64,000 nucleotides of DNA from positions 127,884,397-127,948,396 of the forward strand of contig CM097887.1 of assembly GCA_044892525.1 (NCBI GenBank). The letters are read 5' to 3'. A program made the position numbers and the translations under genes. Shown one piece after another: positions 63,726 to 64,000 of the stretch. Source of the stretch: Schmidtea polychroa (Eukaryota). The notes under the pieces were generated by a model. It saw only the letters and a program-made list of their open reading frames with translations, had not been told where the DNA came from and did no database searches. The number at the start of each line of letters is the position of its first letter. Positions within the stretch are counted from its first letter, which is position 1.

Positions 63726-64000
63726 ACGTGTGATTTGTGGGGCGTTGTTGTTAAAGTCATTGAATCCGAAAATTAATGTGCAGAATGCAGTAAATACTTG
63801 TGTTTTGAGTGTTTTTAAAAGGGTTTTTTTGATTGTTGTACTAAATTAAATAATTAATAAAATTTTTAAATTATTAAGTTAAATTTTGAATCCTAAAATT
63901 AAAAAAAAATAATATATTAAAATAATTAAATTTTTTTATTAAATAAAAATTTTTTTTTATATATAATTAATAAATTTGTTAAAATCCTTAATTTATATAG
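63726..64000 (+). mobile_element. Penelope-like element copy D (GIY-YIG 3' end and tail; runs off the window)
   Basis: acgtgtgatttgtggggcgttgttgttaaagtcattgaatccgaaaattaatgtgcagaatgc matches copies A and C; the window ends just before where the hammerhead would lie. Confidence 0.9.

Noticed and set aside
753-63760. ORF-track entries made mostly of X (e.g. 753-1079, 8143-8521, 23837-24247, 27874-28221, 28601-28898, 36197-36430, 63455-63760)
   Set aside because: They are artefacts of reading through N-gaps, not evidence of coding sequence.

Overview
Very AT-rich eukaryotic (invertebrate) genomic DNA from a gapped draft assembly with 13 N-runs. Short 41-63 nt GT-AG introns and the transposon fauna would fit a triclad flatworm, but that is a guess. 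Two host genes can be reconstructed by hand. One is a LIM-homeobox gene of the Lhx1/5 (Lim1/lin-11) class on the minus strand, ATG at 17841, with six exons down to a gap at ~12061 and a probable seventh, terminal exon ~8 kb further on at 4071-3830. The other is a compact three-exon PITH-domain gene (PITHD1) on the plus strand at 45947-46659. The rest is a graveyard of mobile elements: hAT MITEs and deletion derivatives with exact 8-bp TSDs, Tigger/pogo, mariner, piggyBac, Harbinger-type, Merlin, MULE, Helitron, LINE and Ty3/Gypsy remnants. The most interesting non-coding signal is a set of Penelope-like (GIY-YIG) retroelement copies whose 3' tails carry a minimal type I hammerhead ribozyme (6851-6889 +, 34475-34513 -, 57031-57069 +), plus a divergent inverted pair at 62110-62426. 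Across copies, stem I and stem II show compensatory base changes and stem III stays a self-complementary hexamer. All translations and alignments were done by eye; no database search was run.
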